A stretch of 64,000 nt of DNA, from contig NC_043025.1 of the NCBI RefSeq assembly GCF_006345805.1, positions 434,001 through 498,000 on the forward strand, in the 5' to 3' direction. Below are positions 39,501 to 54,500 of the stretch, piece after piece. Each line of letters starts with the position of its first letter. The first letter of the stretch is position 1. The notes below the pieces were generated by a model. It saw only the letters and a program-made list of their open reading frames with translations. It did no database searches and was not told the DNA's origin. Source of the DNA: Octopus sinensis. Its lineage: Eukaryota. The translations under genes and the position numbers were made by a program.

Positions 39501-42500
39501 CAGGCTTACAGCAAACATGCTGACGGACTACTGCTGGTTTAAAGAGCTAGAAAGGCGCTACAGTGGCAGGCTTACAGCAAACATGCTGACGGACTACTCT
39601 GGTTTAAAGAGCTAGAAAGGCGCTACAGTGGCAGGCTTACAGCAAACATGCTGACGGACTACTGCTGGTTTAAAGAACTAGAAAGGCGCTACAGTGGCAG
39701 GCTTACAGCAAACATGCTGACGGTCTACTGCTGGTTTAAAGAGCTAGAAAGGCGCTACAGTGGCAGGCTTACAGCAAACATGCTGACGGACTACTGCTGG
39801 TTTAAAGAACTAGAAAGGCGCTACAGTGGCAGGCTTACAGCAAACATGCTGACGGACTACTGCTGGTTTAAAGAACTAGAAAGGCGCTACAGTGGCAGGC
39901 TTTCAGCAAACATGCTGACGGACTACTGCTGGTTTAAAGAGCTAGAAAGGCGCTACAGTGGCAGGCTTACAGCAAACATGCTGACGGACTACTGCTGGTT
40001 AAAAGAACTAGAAAGGCGTTACAGTGGCAGGCTTACAGCAAACATGCTGACGGACTACTGCTGGTTTAAAGAACGAGAAAGAGGCTACAGTGGCAGACCT
40101 ACAGCAAACATGCTGACGGACTACTGCTGGTTTAAAGAACCTGAACGGCGCTACAGTGGCAGAGTTACAGCAAACATGCTGACGGACTACTGCTGGTTTA
40201 AAGAGCTAGAAAGGCGCTACAGTGGCAGACTTTCAGCAAACATGCTGACGGACTACTGCTGGTTTAATGAGCTAGAAAGGCGCTACAGTGGCAGACTTAC
40301 AGCAAACATGCTGACGGACTACTGCTGGTTTAAAGAGCTAGAAAGGCGCTACAGTGGCAGACTTACAGCAAACATGCTGACGGACTACTGCTGGTTTAAA
40401 GAACTAGAAAGGCGCTACAGTGGCAGGCTTTCAGCAAACATGCTGACGGACTACTGCTGGTTTAAAGAACTAGAAAGGCTCTCCAGTGGCAGGCTTTCAG
40501 CAAACATGCTGACGGACTACTGCTGGTTTAAAGAACTAGAAAGGCGCTACAGTGGCAGGCTTACAGCAAACATGCTGACGGACTACTGCTGGTTTAAAGA
40601 AATAGAAAGGCTCTCCAGTGGCAGGCTTTCAGCAAACATGCTGACGGACTACTGCTGGTTTAAAGAACTAGAAAGGCTCTCCAGTGGCAGGCTTTCAGCA
40701 AACATGCTGACGGACTACTGCTGGTTTAAAGAACTAGAAAGGCGCTACAGTGGCAAGCTTAGAGCAAACATGCTGACGGACTACTGCTGGTTTAAAGAAC
40801 TAGAAAGGCTCTCCAGTGGCAGGCTTACAGCAAACATGCTGACGGACTACTGCTGGTTTAAAGAGCTAGAAAGGCGCTACAGTGGCAGGCTTACAGCAAA
40901 CATGCTGACGGACTACTTCTGGTTTAAAGAGCTAGAAAGGCGCTACAGTGGCAGGCTTACAGCAAACATGCTGACGGACTACTGCTGGTTTAAAGAACTA
41001 GAAAGGCGCGACGGTGGCAGGCTTACAGCAAACATGCTGACGGTCTACTGCTGGTTTAAAGAGCTAGAAAGGCGCTACAGTGGCAGGCTTACAGCAAACA
41101 TGCTGACGGACTACTGCTGGTTAAAAGAACTAGAAAGGCGCTACAGTGGCAGGCTTACAGCAAACATGCTGACGGACTACTGCTGGTTTAAAGAACTAGA
41201 AAGGCGCTACAGTGGCAGGCTTTCAGCAAACATGCTGACGGACTACTGCTGGTTTAAAGAGCTAGAAAGGCGCTACAGTGGCAGGCTTACAGCAAACATG
41301 CTGACGGACTACTGCTGGTTAAAAGAACTAGAAAGGCGTTACAGTGGCAGGCTTACAGCAAACATGCTGACGGACTACTGCTGGTTTAAAGAACTAGAAA
41401 GGCGCTACAGTGGCAGGCTTTCAGCAAACATGCTGACGGACTACTGCTGGTTTAAAGAACTAGAAAGGCTCTCCAGTGGCAGGCTTTCAGCAAACATGCT
41501 GACGGACTACTGCTGGTTTAAAGAACTAGAAAGGCGCTACAGTGGCAGGCTTAAAGCAAACATGCTGACGGACTACTGCTGGTTTAAAGAACTAGAAAGG
41601 CTCTCCAGTGGCAGGCTTTCAGCAAACATGCTGACGGACTACTGCTGGTTTAAAGAACTAGAAAGGCTCTACAGTGGCAGGCTTTCAGCAAACATGCTGA
41701 CGGACTACTGCTGGTTTAAAGAACTAGAAAGGCGCTACAGTGGCAGGCTTAGAGCAAACATGCTGACGGACTACTGCTGGTTTAAAGAACTAGAAAGGCT
41801 CTCCAATGGCAGGCTTTCAGCAAACATGCTGACGGACTACTGCTGGTTTAAAGAACTAGAAAGGCTCTCCAGTGGCAGGCTTTCAGCAAACATGCTGACG
41901 GACTACTGCTGGTTTAAAGAACTAGAAAGACGCTACAGTGGCAGGCTTACAGCAAACATGCTGACGGACTACTGCTGGTTTAAAGAACTAGAAAGTCTCT
42001 CCAGTGGCAGGTTTTCAGCAAACATGCTGACGGACTACTGCTGGTTTAAAGAACTAGAAAGGCGCTACAGTGGCAGGCTTACAGCAAACATGCTGACGGA
42101 CTACTGCTGGTTTAAAGAACTAGAAAGGCTCTCCAGTGGCAGGCTTTCAGCAAACATGCTGACGGACTACTGCTGGTTTAAAGAACTAGAAAGGCGCTAC
42201 AGTGGCAGACTTACAGCAAACATGCTGACGGACTACTGCTGGTTTAAAGAACGAGAAAGGCGCTACAGTGGCAGACCTACAGCAAACATGCTGACGGACT
42301 ACTGCTGGTTTAAAGAACCTGAACGGCGCTACAGTGGCAGAGTTACAGCAAACATGCTGACGGACTACTGCTGGTTTAAAGAGCTAGAAAGGCGCTACAG
42401 TGGCAGACTTTCAGCAAACATGCTGACGGACTACTGCTGGTTTAAAGAACTAGAAAGGCTCTCCAGTGGCAGGCTTTCAGCAAACATGCTGACGGACTAA

Positions 42501-45500
42501 TGCTGGTTTAAAGAAAGTAGAAAGGCGTTGCAGTGGCAGGCTTACAGCAACCATGCTGACGGACTACTGCTGGTTTAAAGAGCTAGAAAGGCGCTACAGT
42601 GGCAGGCTTACAGCAAACATGCTGACGGACTACTGCTGGTTTAAAAGAGCTAGAAAGGCGCTGCAGTGGCAGGCTTACAGCAAACATGCTGACGGACTAC
42701 TGCTGGTTTAAAGAGATAGAAAGGCTCTCCAGTGGCCGGCTTTCAGCAAACATGCTGACGGACTACTGCTGGTTTAAAGAGCTAGAAAGTCGCTACAGTG
42801 GCAGACTTACAGCAAACATGCTGACGGACTACTGCTGGTTTAAAGAACTAGAAAGGCTCTCCAGTGGCAGACTTTCAGCAAACATGCTGACGGACTACTG
42901 CTGGTTTAAAGAGCTAGAAAGGCTCTCCAGTGGCAGGCTTTCAGCAAACATGCTGACGGACTACTGCTGGTTTAAAGAGCTAGAAAGTCGCTACAGTGGC
43001 AGACTTACAGCAAACATGCTGACGGACTACTGCTGGTTTAAAGAACTAGAAAGGCTCTCCAGTGGCAGACTTACAGCAAACATGCTGACGGACTACTGCT
43101 GGTTTAAAGAGCTAGAAAGGCTCTCCAGTGGCAGGCTTTCAGCAAACATGCTGACGGACTACTGCTGGTTTAAAGAGCTAGAAAGGCTCTCCAGTGGCAG
43201 GGTTTCAGCAAACATGCTGACGGACTACTGCTGGTTTAAAGAACTAGAAAGGCTCTCCAGTGGCAGACTTTCAGCAAACATGCTGACGGACTACTGCTGG
43301 TTTAAAGAGCTAGAAAGGCTCTCCAGTGGCAGGCTTTCAGCAAACATGCTGACGGACTACTGCTGGTTCAAAGAGCTAGAAAGGCGCTACAGTGGCAGGC
43401 TTTCAGCAAACTTGCTGACGGACTACTGCTGGTTTAAAGAACTAGAAAGTGTCTCTCAGTGGCAGACTTACAGCAAACATGCTGACGGACTACTGCTGGT
43501 TTAAAGAACTAGAAAGGCTCTCCAGTGGCAGACTTACAGCAAACATGCTGACGGACTACTGCTGGTTTAAAGAGCTAGAAAGGCGCTACAGTGGCATGCT
43601 TTACAGCATGCTGACGGACTACTGCTGGTTTAAAGAACTAGAAAGGCTCCCAGTGGCAGGCTTACAGCAAACATGCTGACGGACTACTGCTGGTTAAAAG
43701 AGCTAGAAAGGCTCTCCAGTGGCAGGCTTTCTGCAAACATGCTGACGGACTACTGCTGGTTTAAAGAACTAGAAAGGCTCTCCAGTGGCAGACTTTCAGC
43801 AAACATGCTGACGGACTACTGCTGGTTTAAAGAGCTAGAAAGGCTCTCCAGTGGCAGGCTTTCAGCAAACATGCTGACGGACTACTGCTGGTTTAAAGAA
43901 CTAGAAAGGCTCTCCAGTGGCAGACTTACAGCAAACATGCTGACGGACTACTGCTGGTTTCAAGAACTAGAAAGTCTCTCCAGTGGCAGACTTACAGCAA
44001 ACATGCTGACGGACTACTGCTGGTTTAAAGAGCTAGAAAGGCGCTACAGTGGCAGGCTTTCAGCAAACATGCTGACGGACTACTGCTGGTTTAAAGAACT
44101 AGAAAGGCTCTCCAGTGGCAGACTTACAGCAAATATGCTGACGGACAACTGCTGGTTTAAAGAGCTAGAAAGGCGCTACAGTGGCAGGCTTTCAGCAAAC
44201 ATGCTGACGGACTACTGCTGGTTTAAAGAGCTAGAAAGGCGCTACAGTGGCAGACTTACAGCAAACATGCTGACGGACTACTGCTGGTTTAATGAGCTAG
44301 AAAGGCGCTACAGTGGCAGACTTACAGCAAACATGCTGACGGACTACTGCTGGTTTAAAGGGCTAGAAAGGCGCTACAGTGGCAGACTTACAGCAAACAT
44401 GCTGACGGACTACTGCTGGTTTAATGAGCTAGAAAGGCGCTACAGTGGCAGACTTACAGCAAACATGCTGACGGACTACTGCTGGTTTAAAGAGCTAGAA
44501 AGGCGCGACAGTGGCAGACTTACAGCAAACATGCTGACGGACTACTGCTGGTTCGAAGAGCTAGAAAGACGCTACAGTGGCAGGCTTACAGCAAACATGC
44601 TGACGGACTACTGCTGGTTTAAAGAAATAGAAAGGCGCTATAGTGGCAGATTACAGCAAACATGCTGACGGACTAGTGCTGGTTTAAAGAGCTAGAAAGG
44701 CGCTACAGTGGCAGACTTACAGCAAACATGCTGACGGACTACTGCTGGTTTAAAGAAATAGAAAGGCGCTATAGTGGCAGATTACAGCAAACATGCTGAC
44801 GGACTACTGCTGGTTTAAAGAGCTAGAAAGGCGCTACAGTGGCAGACTTACAGCAAACATGCTGACGGACTACTGCTGGTTAAAAGAGCTAGAAAGACGC
44901 TACAGTGGCAGGCTTACAGCAAACATGCTGACGGACTACTGCTGGTTTAAAGAAATAGAAAGGCGCTATAGTGGCAGATTACAGCAAACATGCTGACGGA
45001 CTACTGCTGGTTTAAAGAGCTAGAAAGGCGCTACAGTGGCAGGCTTACAGCAAACATGCTGACGGACTACTGCTGGTTTAAAGAAATAGAAAGGCGCTAT
45101 AGTGGCAGATTACAGCAACATTGCTGACGGACTACTGCTGGTTTAAAGAGCTAGAAAGGCGCTACAGTGGCAGACTTACAGCAAACATGCTGACGGACTA
45201 CTGCTGGTTTAAAGAAATAGAAAGGCGCTATAGTGGCAGATTACAGCAAACATGCTGACGGACTACTGCTGGTTTAAAGAGCTAGAAAGGCGCTACAGTG
45301 GCAGGCTTACGGCAAACATGCTGACGGACTACTGCTGGTTAAAAGAGCTAGAAAGACGCTACAGTGGCAGGCTTACAGCAAACATGCTGACGGACTACTG
45401 CTGGTTTAAAGAACTAGAAAGGCGCTATAGTGGCAGATTACAGCAAACATGCTGACGGACTACTGCTGGTTTAAAGAGCTAGAAAGACGCTACAGTGGCA

Positions 45501-48500
45501 GGCTTACAGCAAACATGCTGACGGACTACTGCTGGTTTAAAGAAATAGAAAGGCGCTATAGTGGCAGATTACAGCAAACATGCTGACGGACTACTGCTGG
45601 TTTAAAGAGCTAGAAAGCGCTATAGTGGCAGGTTACAGCAAACATGCTGACGGACTACTGCTGGTTAAAGAGCTAGAAAAAGACGCTACGTGGAGACCTT
45701 ACAGCAAACATGTGCTGACGGACTACTGCTGGTTTAAAGAGCTAGAAAGGCGCTACAGTGGCGACTTACAGCAACATGCTGACGGACTACTGCTGGTTAA
45801 AAGATGCTAGAAAGGCGCTACAGTGGCAGGCTTACAGCAAACATCTGACGGACTACTGCTGTGTTTAAAGAACTAGAAGGGCGCTACAGTGGCAGATTAC
45901 AGCAAACATGCTGACGGACTACTGCTGGTATAAAGAAATAGAAAGGCGCTATAGTGGCAGATTACAGCAAACATGCTGACGGACTACTGCTGGTTTAAAG
46001 AAATAGAAAGGCGCTATAGTGGCAGATTACAGCAAACATGCTGACGGACTACTGCTGGTTTAAAGAGCTAGAAAGGCGCTACAGAGGGCAGGCTTACAGC
46101 AAACATGCTGACGGACGGCTACTCTGGTTTAAAGAACTAGAAAGACGCTACAGTGGCAGGCTTACAGCAAACATGCTGACGGACTACTGCTGGTTTAAGA
46201 AAAGATAGAAGGCGCTATAGTGGCAGATTACAGCAAACATGCTGACGGACTACTGCTGGTTTAAAGAGCTAGAAAGGCGCTACAGTGCAGCTTACAGCAA
46301 ACATGCTGACTGACTACTACTGCTGGTTAAAAGGCTGAAAAGGCGCTACAGTGCAGGCTTACAGCAAACATGCTGACGGACTACTGCTGGTTTAAAGAAC
46401 TAGAAAGGCGCTACAGTGGCAGATTACAGCAAACATGCTGACGGACTACTGCTGGTTTAAAGAAATAGAAAGGCGCTATAGTGGCAGATTACAGCAAACA
46501 TGCTGACGGACTACTGCTGGTTTAAAGAAATAGAAAGGCGCTATAGTGGCAGATTACAGCAAACATGCTGACGGACTACTGCTGGTTTAAAGAGCTAGAA
46601 AGGCGCTACAGTGGCAGGCTTACAGCAAACATGCTGACGGACTACTGCTGGTTTAAAGAACCAGAAAGACGCTACAGTGGCAGGCTTACAGCAAACATGC
46701 TGACGGACTACTGCTGGTTTAAAGAAATAGAAAGGCGCTATAGTGGCAGATTACAGCAAACATGCTGACGGACTACTGCTGGTTTAAAGAGCTAGAAAGG
46801 CGCTACAGTGGCAGGCTTACAGCAAACATGCTGACGGACTACTGCTGGTTAAAAGAGCTAGAAAGACGCTACAGTGGCAGGCTTACAGCAAACATGCTGA
46901 CGGACTACTGCTGGTTTAAAGAAATAGAAAGGCGCTATAGTGGCAGATTACAGCAAACATGCTGACGGACTACTGCTGGTTTAAAGAGCTAGAAGGGCGC
47001 TACAGTTGGCAGACTTACAGCAAACATGCTGACGGACTACTGCTGGTTAAAAGCTAGAAAGACGCTACGTGGCAGGCTTACAGCAAACATGCTGACGGAC
47101 TACTGCTGCTTTAAGAAATAGAAAGGCGCTATAGTGGCAGATTACACAGCAACATGCTGACGGACTACTGCTGGTTTAAAGAGCTAGAAAGGCGCTACAG
47201 TGGCAGACTTACAGCAAACATGCTGACGGACTACTGCTGGTTTAAAGAGCTAGAAAGGCGCTACAGTGGAAGGCTTACAGCAAACATGCTGACGGACTAC
47301 TGCTGGTTTAAAGAGCTAGAAAGGCGCTACAGTGGCAGGCTTTCAGCAAACATGCTGACGGACTACTGCTGGTTTAAAGAAATAGAAAGGCGCTATAGTG
47401 TCAGATTACAGCAAACATGCTGACGGTCTACTGCTGGTTTAAAGAGCTAGAAAGGCGCTACAGTGGCAGGCTTACAGGAAACATGCTGACGGACTACTGC
47501 TGGTTTAAAGAACTAGAAAGACGCTACAGTGGCAGGCTTACAGCAAACATGCTGACGGACTACTGCTGGTTTAAAGAAATAGAAAGGCGCTATAGTGGCA
47601 GATTACAGCAAACATGCTGACGGACTACTGCTGGTTAAAAGAGCTAGAAAGGCGCTACAGTGGCAGGCTTACAGCAAACATACTGACGTACTACTGCTGG
47701 TTAAAAGAGCTAGAAAGACGCTACAGTGGTAGACTTACAGCAAACATGCTGACGGACTACTGCTGGTTTAAAGAGCTAGAAAGGCGCTACAGTGGCAGAC
47801 TTACAGCAAACATGCTGACGGACTACTGCTGGTTAAAAGAGCTAGAAAGGCGCTACAGTGGCAGGCTTACAGCAAACATGCTGACGGACTACTGCTGGTT
47901 TAAAGAACTAGAAAGGCGCTACAGTGGCAGATTACAGCAAACATGCTGACGGACTACTGCTGGTTTAAAGAAATAGAAAGGCGCTATAGTGGCAGATTAC
48001 AGCAAACATGCTGACGGACTACTGCTGGTTTAAAGAAATAGAAAGGCGCTATAGTGGCAGATTACAGCAAACATGCTGACGGACTACTGCTGGTTTAAAG
48101 AGCTAGAAAGGCGCTACAGTGGCAGGCTTACAGCAACATGCTGACGGACTCTGCTGGTTTAAAAACCAGAAAGCGCTACAGTGGCAGGCTTACAGCAAAC
48201 ATCTGACGGACTACTGTTGGTTTAAAGAAATAGAAAGGCGCTATAGTGGCAGATTACAGCAAACATGCTGACGGACTACTGCTGGTTTAAAGAGCTAGAA
48301 AGGCGCTACAGTGGCAGGCCTTCAGCAACATGCTGACGGACTACTGCTGGTTAAAAGAGCTAGAAAGACGCTACAGTGGCAGGCTTACAGCAAACATGCT
48401 GACGGACTACTGCTGGTTTAAAGAAATAGAAAGGCGCTATAGTGGCAGATTACAGCAAACATGCTGACGGACTACTGCTGGTTTAAAGAGCTAGAAAGGC

Positions 48501-51500
48501 GCTACAGTGGCAGACTTACAGCAAACATGCTGACGGACTACTGCTGTTAAAAGAGCTAGAAAGACGCTACAGTGGTCAGGCTTACAGCAAACATGCTGAC
48601 GGACTACTGACTAGGATTTTTAAAGAAATAGAAAGGCGCTATAGTGGCAATTTACAGCACACGGCTGACGGACTACTGCTGGTTTAAAGAGCTAGAAAGC
48701 GCTACAGTGGCAGACTTACAGCAAACATGCTGACGGACTACTGCTGGTTAAAAGAGCTAGAAAGACGCTACAGTGGCAGGCTTAAAGCAAACATGCTGAC
48801 GGACTACTGCTGGTTTAAAAGACATAGAAAGGCGCTATAGTGGCAGATTACAGCAAACATGCTGACGGACTACTGCTGGTTTAAAGAGCTAGAAAGGCGC
48901 TAACAGTTGAAGGCTTACAGCAAACATGCTGACGGACTACTGCTGGTTAAAGAGCTAGAAGGCGCTACAGTGGCAGGCTTTCAGCAAACATGCTGACGGA
49001 CTACTGCTGGTTTAAAGAACTAGAAAGGCGCTACAGTGGCAGTCTTACAGCAAACATGCTGACGGACTACTGCTGGTTTAAAGAGCTAGAAAGGCGCTAC
49101 AGTGGCCGGCTTACAGCAAACATGGTGACGGAATACTGCTGGTTTAAAGAACTAGAAAGGCGCTACAGTGACAGACGTACAGCAAACATGCTGACGGACT
49201 ACTGCTGGTTAAAAGAACTAGAAAGGCGCTACAGTGACAGACGTACAGCAAACATGCTGACGGACTACTGCTGGTTTAAAGAGCTAGAAAGGCGCTATAG
49301 TGGCAGACTTACAGCAAACATGCTGACGGACTACTGCTGGTTAAAAGAATTAGAAAGGCGCTACAGTGGCAGACTTACAGCAAACATGCTGACGGACTAC
49401 TGCTGGTTTAAAGAACTAGAAAGGCGCTACTGTGGCAGACTTACAGCAAACAGGCTGACGGACTACTGCTGGTTTAAAGAACTAGAAAGGCGCTACAGTG
49501 ACAGACGTACAGCAAACATGCTGACGGACTACTGCTGGTTAAAAGAACTAGAAAGGCGCTACAGTGACAGACGTACAGCAAACATGCTGACGGACTACTG
49601 CTGGTTTAAAGAGCTAGAAAGGCGCTATAGTGGCAGACTTACAGCAAACATGCTGACGGACTACTGCTGGTTAAAAGAATTAGAAAGGCGCTATAGTGGC
49701 AGACTTACAGCAAACATGCTGACGGACTACTGCTGGTTTAAAGAACTAGAAAGGCGCTACAGTGGCAGACTTACAGCAAACATGCTGACGGACTACTGCT
49801 GGTTTAAAGAGCTAGAAAGGCGCTACAGTGGCAGACTTACAGCAAACATGCTGATGGATTACTGCTGGTTTAAAGAGATAGAAAGGCGCTATATGGCAGA
49901 CTTACAGCAAACATGCTGACGGACTACTGCTGGTTTAAAGAGCTAGAAAGGCGCTACAGTGGCAGACTTACACCAAACATGCTGACGGACTACTGCTGGT
50001 TTAAAGAACTAGAAAGGCGCTGCAGTGGCAGGCTTACAGCAAACATGCTGACGGACTACTGCTGGTTTAAAGAACTAGAAAGACGCTGCAGTGGCAGGCT
50101 TACAGCAAACATGCTGACGGACTACTGCTGGTTTAAAGAATAGAAAGGCGCTACAGTGGCAGGCTTACAGCAAACATGATGACGGACTACTGCTGGTTTA
50201 AAGAACTAGAACGACGCTGCAGTGGCAGGCTTACAGCAAACATGCTGACGGACTACTGCTGGTTTAAAGAACTAGAAAGGCGCTACAGTGGCAGGCTTAC
50301 AGCAAACATGATGACGGACTACTGCTGGTTTAAAGAACTAGAACGACGCTGCAGTGGCAGGCTTACAGCAAACATGCTGACGGACTACTGCTGGTTTAAA
50401 GAACTAGAAAGGCGCTACAGTGGCAGGCTTACAGCAAACATGCTGACGGACTACTGCTGGTTAAAAGAACTAGAAAGACGCTGCAGTGGCAGGCTTACAG
50501 CAAACATGCTGACGGACTACTGCTGGTTAAAAGAACTAGAAAGACGCTGCAGTGGCAGGCTTACAGCAAACATGCTGACGGACTACTGCTGGTTTAAAGA
50601 ACTAGAAAGGCGCTACAGTGGCAGGCTTACAGCAAACATGCTGACGGACTACTGCTGGTTTAAAGAAAGAAAGGCGCTACAGTGGCAGGCTTACAGCAAA
50701 CATGCTGACGGACTACTGCTGGTTAAAGAACTAGAACGACGCTGCAGTGGCAGGCTTACAGCAAACATGCTGACGGACTACTGCTGGTTAAAAGAACTAG
50801 AAAGACGCTGCAGTGGCAGGCTTACAGCAAACATGCTGACGGACTACTGCTGGTTTAAAGAACTAGAAAGACGCTGCAGGGCAGGCTTACAGCAAACATG
50901 CTGACGGACTACTGCTGGTTTAAAGAACTAGAAAGGCGCTGCAGTGGCAGGCTTACAGCAAACATGCTGACGGACTACTGCTGGTTTAAAGAACTAGAAA
51001 GGCGCTGCAGTGGCAGACTTACAGCAAACATGCTGACGGACTACTGCTGGTTTAATAGAGCTAGAAAGACGCTGCAGTGGCAGGCTTACAGCAAACATGC
51101 TGACGGACTACTGCTGGTTTAAAGAACTAGAAAGGCGCTGCAGTGGCAGACTTACAGCAACATGCTGACGGACTACTGCTGGTTAAAGAACTAGAAAGAC
51201 GCTGCAGTGGCAGGCTTACAGCAAACATGCTGACGGACTACTGCTGGTTTAAAGAGCTAGAAAGGCGCTGCAGTGGCAGGCTTACAGCAAACATGCTGAC
51301 GGACTACTGCTGGTTTAAAGAACTAGAAAGACGCTGCAGTGGCAGGCTTACAGCAAACATGCTGACGGACTACTGCTGGTTTAAAGAACTAGAAAGACGC
51401 TGCAGTGGCAGGCTTACAGCAAACATGCTGACGGACTACTGCTGGTTTAAAGAACTAGAAAGACGCTGCAGTGGCAGGCTTACAGCAAACATGCTGACGG

Positions 51501-54500
51501 ACTACTGCTGGTTAAAAGAACTAGAAAGGCGCTGCAGTGGCAGGCTTACAGCAAACATGCTGACGGACTACTGCTGGTTTAAAGAACTAGAAAGACGCTG
51601 CAGTGGCAGGCTTACAGCAAACATGCTGACGGACTACTGCTGGTTTAAAGAACTAGAAAGGCGCTACAGTGGCAGGCTTACAGCAAACATGCTGACGGAC
51701 TACTGCTGGTTTAAAGAAATAGAAAGGCGCTATAGTGGCAGATTACAGCAAACATGCTGACGGACTACTGCTGGTTTAAAGAACTAGAAAGACGCTGCAG
51801 TGGCAGGCTTACAGCAAACATGCTGACGGACTACTGCTGGTTTAAAGAACTAGAAAGACGCTGCAGTGGCAGGCTTACAGCAAACATGCTGACGGACTAC
51901 TGCTGGTTTAAAGAACTAGAAAGGCGCTGCAGTGGCAGGCTTACAGCAAACATGCTGACGGACTACTGCTGGTTTAAAGAACTAGAAAGACGCTGCAGTG
52001 GCAGGCTTACAGCAAACATGCTGACGGACTACTGCTGGTTTAAAGAACTAGAAAGGCGCTACAGTGGCAGGCTTACAGCAAACATGCTGACGGACTACTG
52101 CTGGTTTAAAGAACTAGAAAGGCGCTGCAGTGGCAGGCTTACAGCAAACATGCTGACGGACTACTGCTGGTTAAAAGAACTAGAAAGACGCTGCAGTGGC
52201 AGGCTTACAGCAAACATGCTGACGGACTACTGCTGGTTTAAAGAACTAGAAAGGCGCTGCAGTGGCAGGCTTACAGCAAACATGCTGACGGACTACTGCT
52301 GGTTTAAAGAACTAGAAAGGCGCTGCAGTGGCAGGCTTACAGCAAACATGCTGACGGACTACTAATGGTTTAAAGAACTAGAAAGACGCTGCAGTGGCAG
52401 GCTTACAGCAAACATGCTGACGGACTACTGCTGGTTTAAAGAACTAGAAAGACGCTGCAGTGGCAGGCTTACAGCAAACATGCTGACGGACTACTGCTGG
52501 TTTAAAGAACTAGAAAGACGCTGCAGTGGCAGGCTTACAGCAAACATGCTGACGGACTACTGCTGGTTTAAAGAACTAGAAAGGCGCTGCAGTGGCAGGC
52601 TTACAGCAAACATGCTGACGGACTACTGCTGGTTAAAAGAACTAGAAAGACGCTGCAGTGGCAGGCTTACAGCAAACATGCTGACGGACTACTGCTGGTT
52701 TCAAGAACTAGAAAGGCGCTGCAGTGGCAGGCTTACAGCAAACATGCTGACGGACTACTGCTGGTTTAAAGAACTAGAAAGGCGCTGCAGTGGCAGGCTT
52801 ACAGCAAACATGCTGACGGACTACTGCTGGTTTAAAGAACTAGAAAGGCGCTGCAGTGGCAGGCTTACAGTAAACATGCTGACAGACTACTGCTGGTTAA
52901 AAGAACTAGAAAGACGCTGCAGTGGCAGGCTTACAGCAAACATGCTGACGGACTACTGCTGGTTTAAAGAGCGAGAAAGGCGTTACAGTGGCAGACTTAC
53001 AGCAAACATGCTGACGGACTACTGCTGGTTAAAAGAACTAGAAAGGCGCTGCAGTGGCAGGCTTACAGCAAACATGCTGACGGACTACTGCTGGTTTAAA
53101 GAACTAGAAAGGCGCTGCAGTGGCAGGCTTACAGTAAACATGCTGACAGACTACTGCTGGTTAAAAGAACTAGAAAGACGCTGCAGTGGCAGGCTTACAG
53201 CAAACATGCTGACGGACTACTGCTGGTTTAAAGAGCGAGAAAGGCGTTACAGTGGCAGACTTACAGCAAACATGCTGACGGACTACTGCTGGTTAAAAGA
53301 ACTAGAAAGACGCTGCAGTGGCAGGCTTACAGCAAACATGCTGACGGACTACTGCTGGTTTAAAGAACTACAAAGGCGTTACAGTGGCAGACTTACAGCA
53401 AACATGCTGACGGACTACTGCTGGTTAAAAGAACTAGAAAGACGCTGCAGTGGCAGGCTTACAGCAAACATGCTGACGGACTACTGCTGGTTTAAAGAGC
53501 GAGAAAGGCGTTACAGTGGCAGACTTACAGCAAACATGCTGACGGACTACTGCTGGTTTAAAGAACTAGAAAGACGCTGCAGTGGCAGGCTTACAGCAAA
53601 CATGCTGACGGACTACTGCTGCTTTAAAGAACTAGAAAGGCGTTACAGTGGCAGACTTACAGCAAACATGCTGACGGACTACTGCTGGTTAAAGAACTAG
53701 AAAGACGCTGCAGTGGCAGGCTTACAGCAAACATGCTGACGGACTACTGCTGGTTTAAAGAGCGAGAAAGAAGGGTTACAGTGGCAGACTTACAGCAAAC
53801 ATGCTGATGACGGACTACTGCTGGTTTAAAGAACTAGAAAGAGCGCTGCAGTGACAGGCTTACAGCAAACATGCTGACGGACTACTGCTGGTTTAAAGAG
53901 CTAGAAAGGCGCTACAGTGGCAGACTTACAGCAAACATGCTGACGGACTACTGCTGGTTTAAAGAACTAGAAAGGCGCTGCAGTGGCAGACTTACCGCAA
54001 ACATGCTGACGGACTACTGCTGGTTTAAAGAACTAGAAAGGCGCTGCAGTGGCAGGCTTACAGCAAACATGTTGACGGACTACTGCTGGTTTAAAGAACT
54101 AGAAAGACGCTGCAGTGGCAGGCTTACAGCAAACATGCTGACGGACTACTGCTGGTTAAAAGAACTAGAAAGACGCTGCAGTGGCAGGCTTACAGCAAAC
54201 ATGCTGACGGACTACTGCTGGTTTAAAGAACTAGAAAGGCGCTGCAGTGGCAGGCTTACAGCAAACATGATGACGGACTACTGCTGGTTAAAAGAACTAG
54301 AAAGACGCTGCAGTGGCAGGCTTACAGCAAACATGCTGACGGACTACTGCTGGTTTAAAGAGCTAGAAAGGCGCTACAGTGGCAGGCTTACAGCAAACAT
54401 GCTGACGGACTACTGCTGGTTAAAGAACTAGAAAGACGCTGCAGTGGCAGGCTTACAGCAAACATGCTGACGGACTACTGCTGGTTTAAGAACTAGAAAG

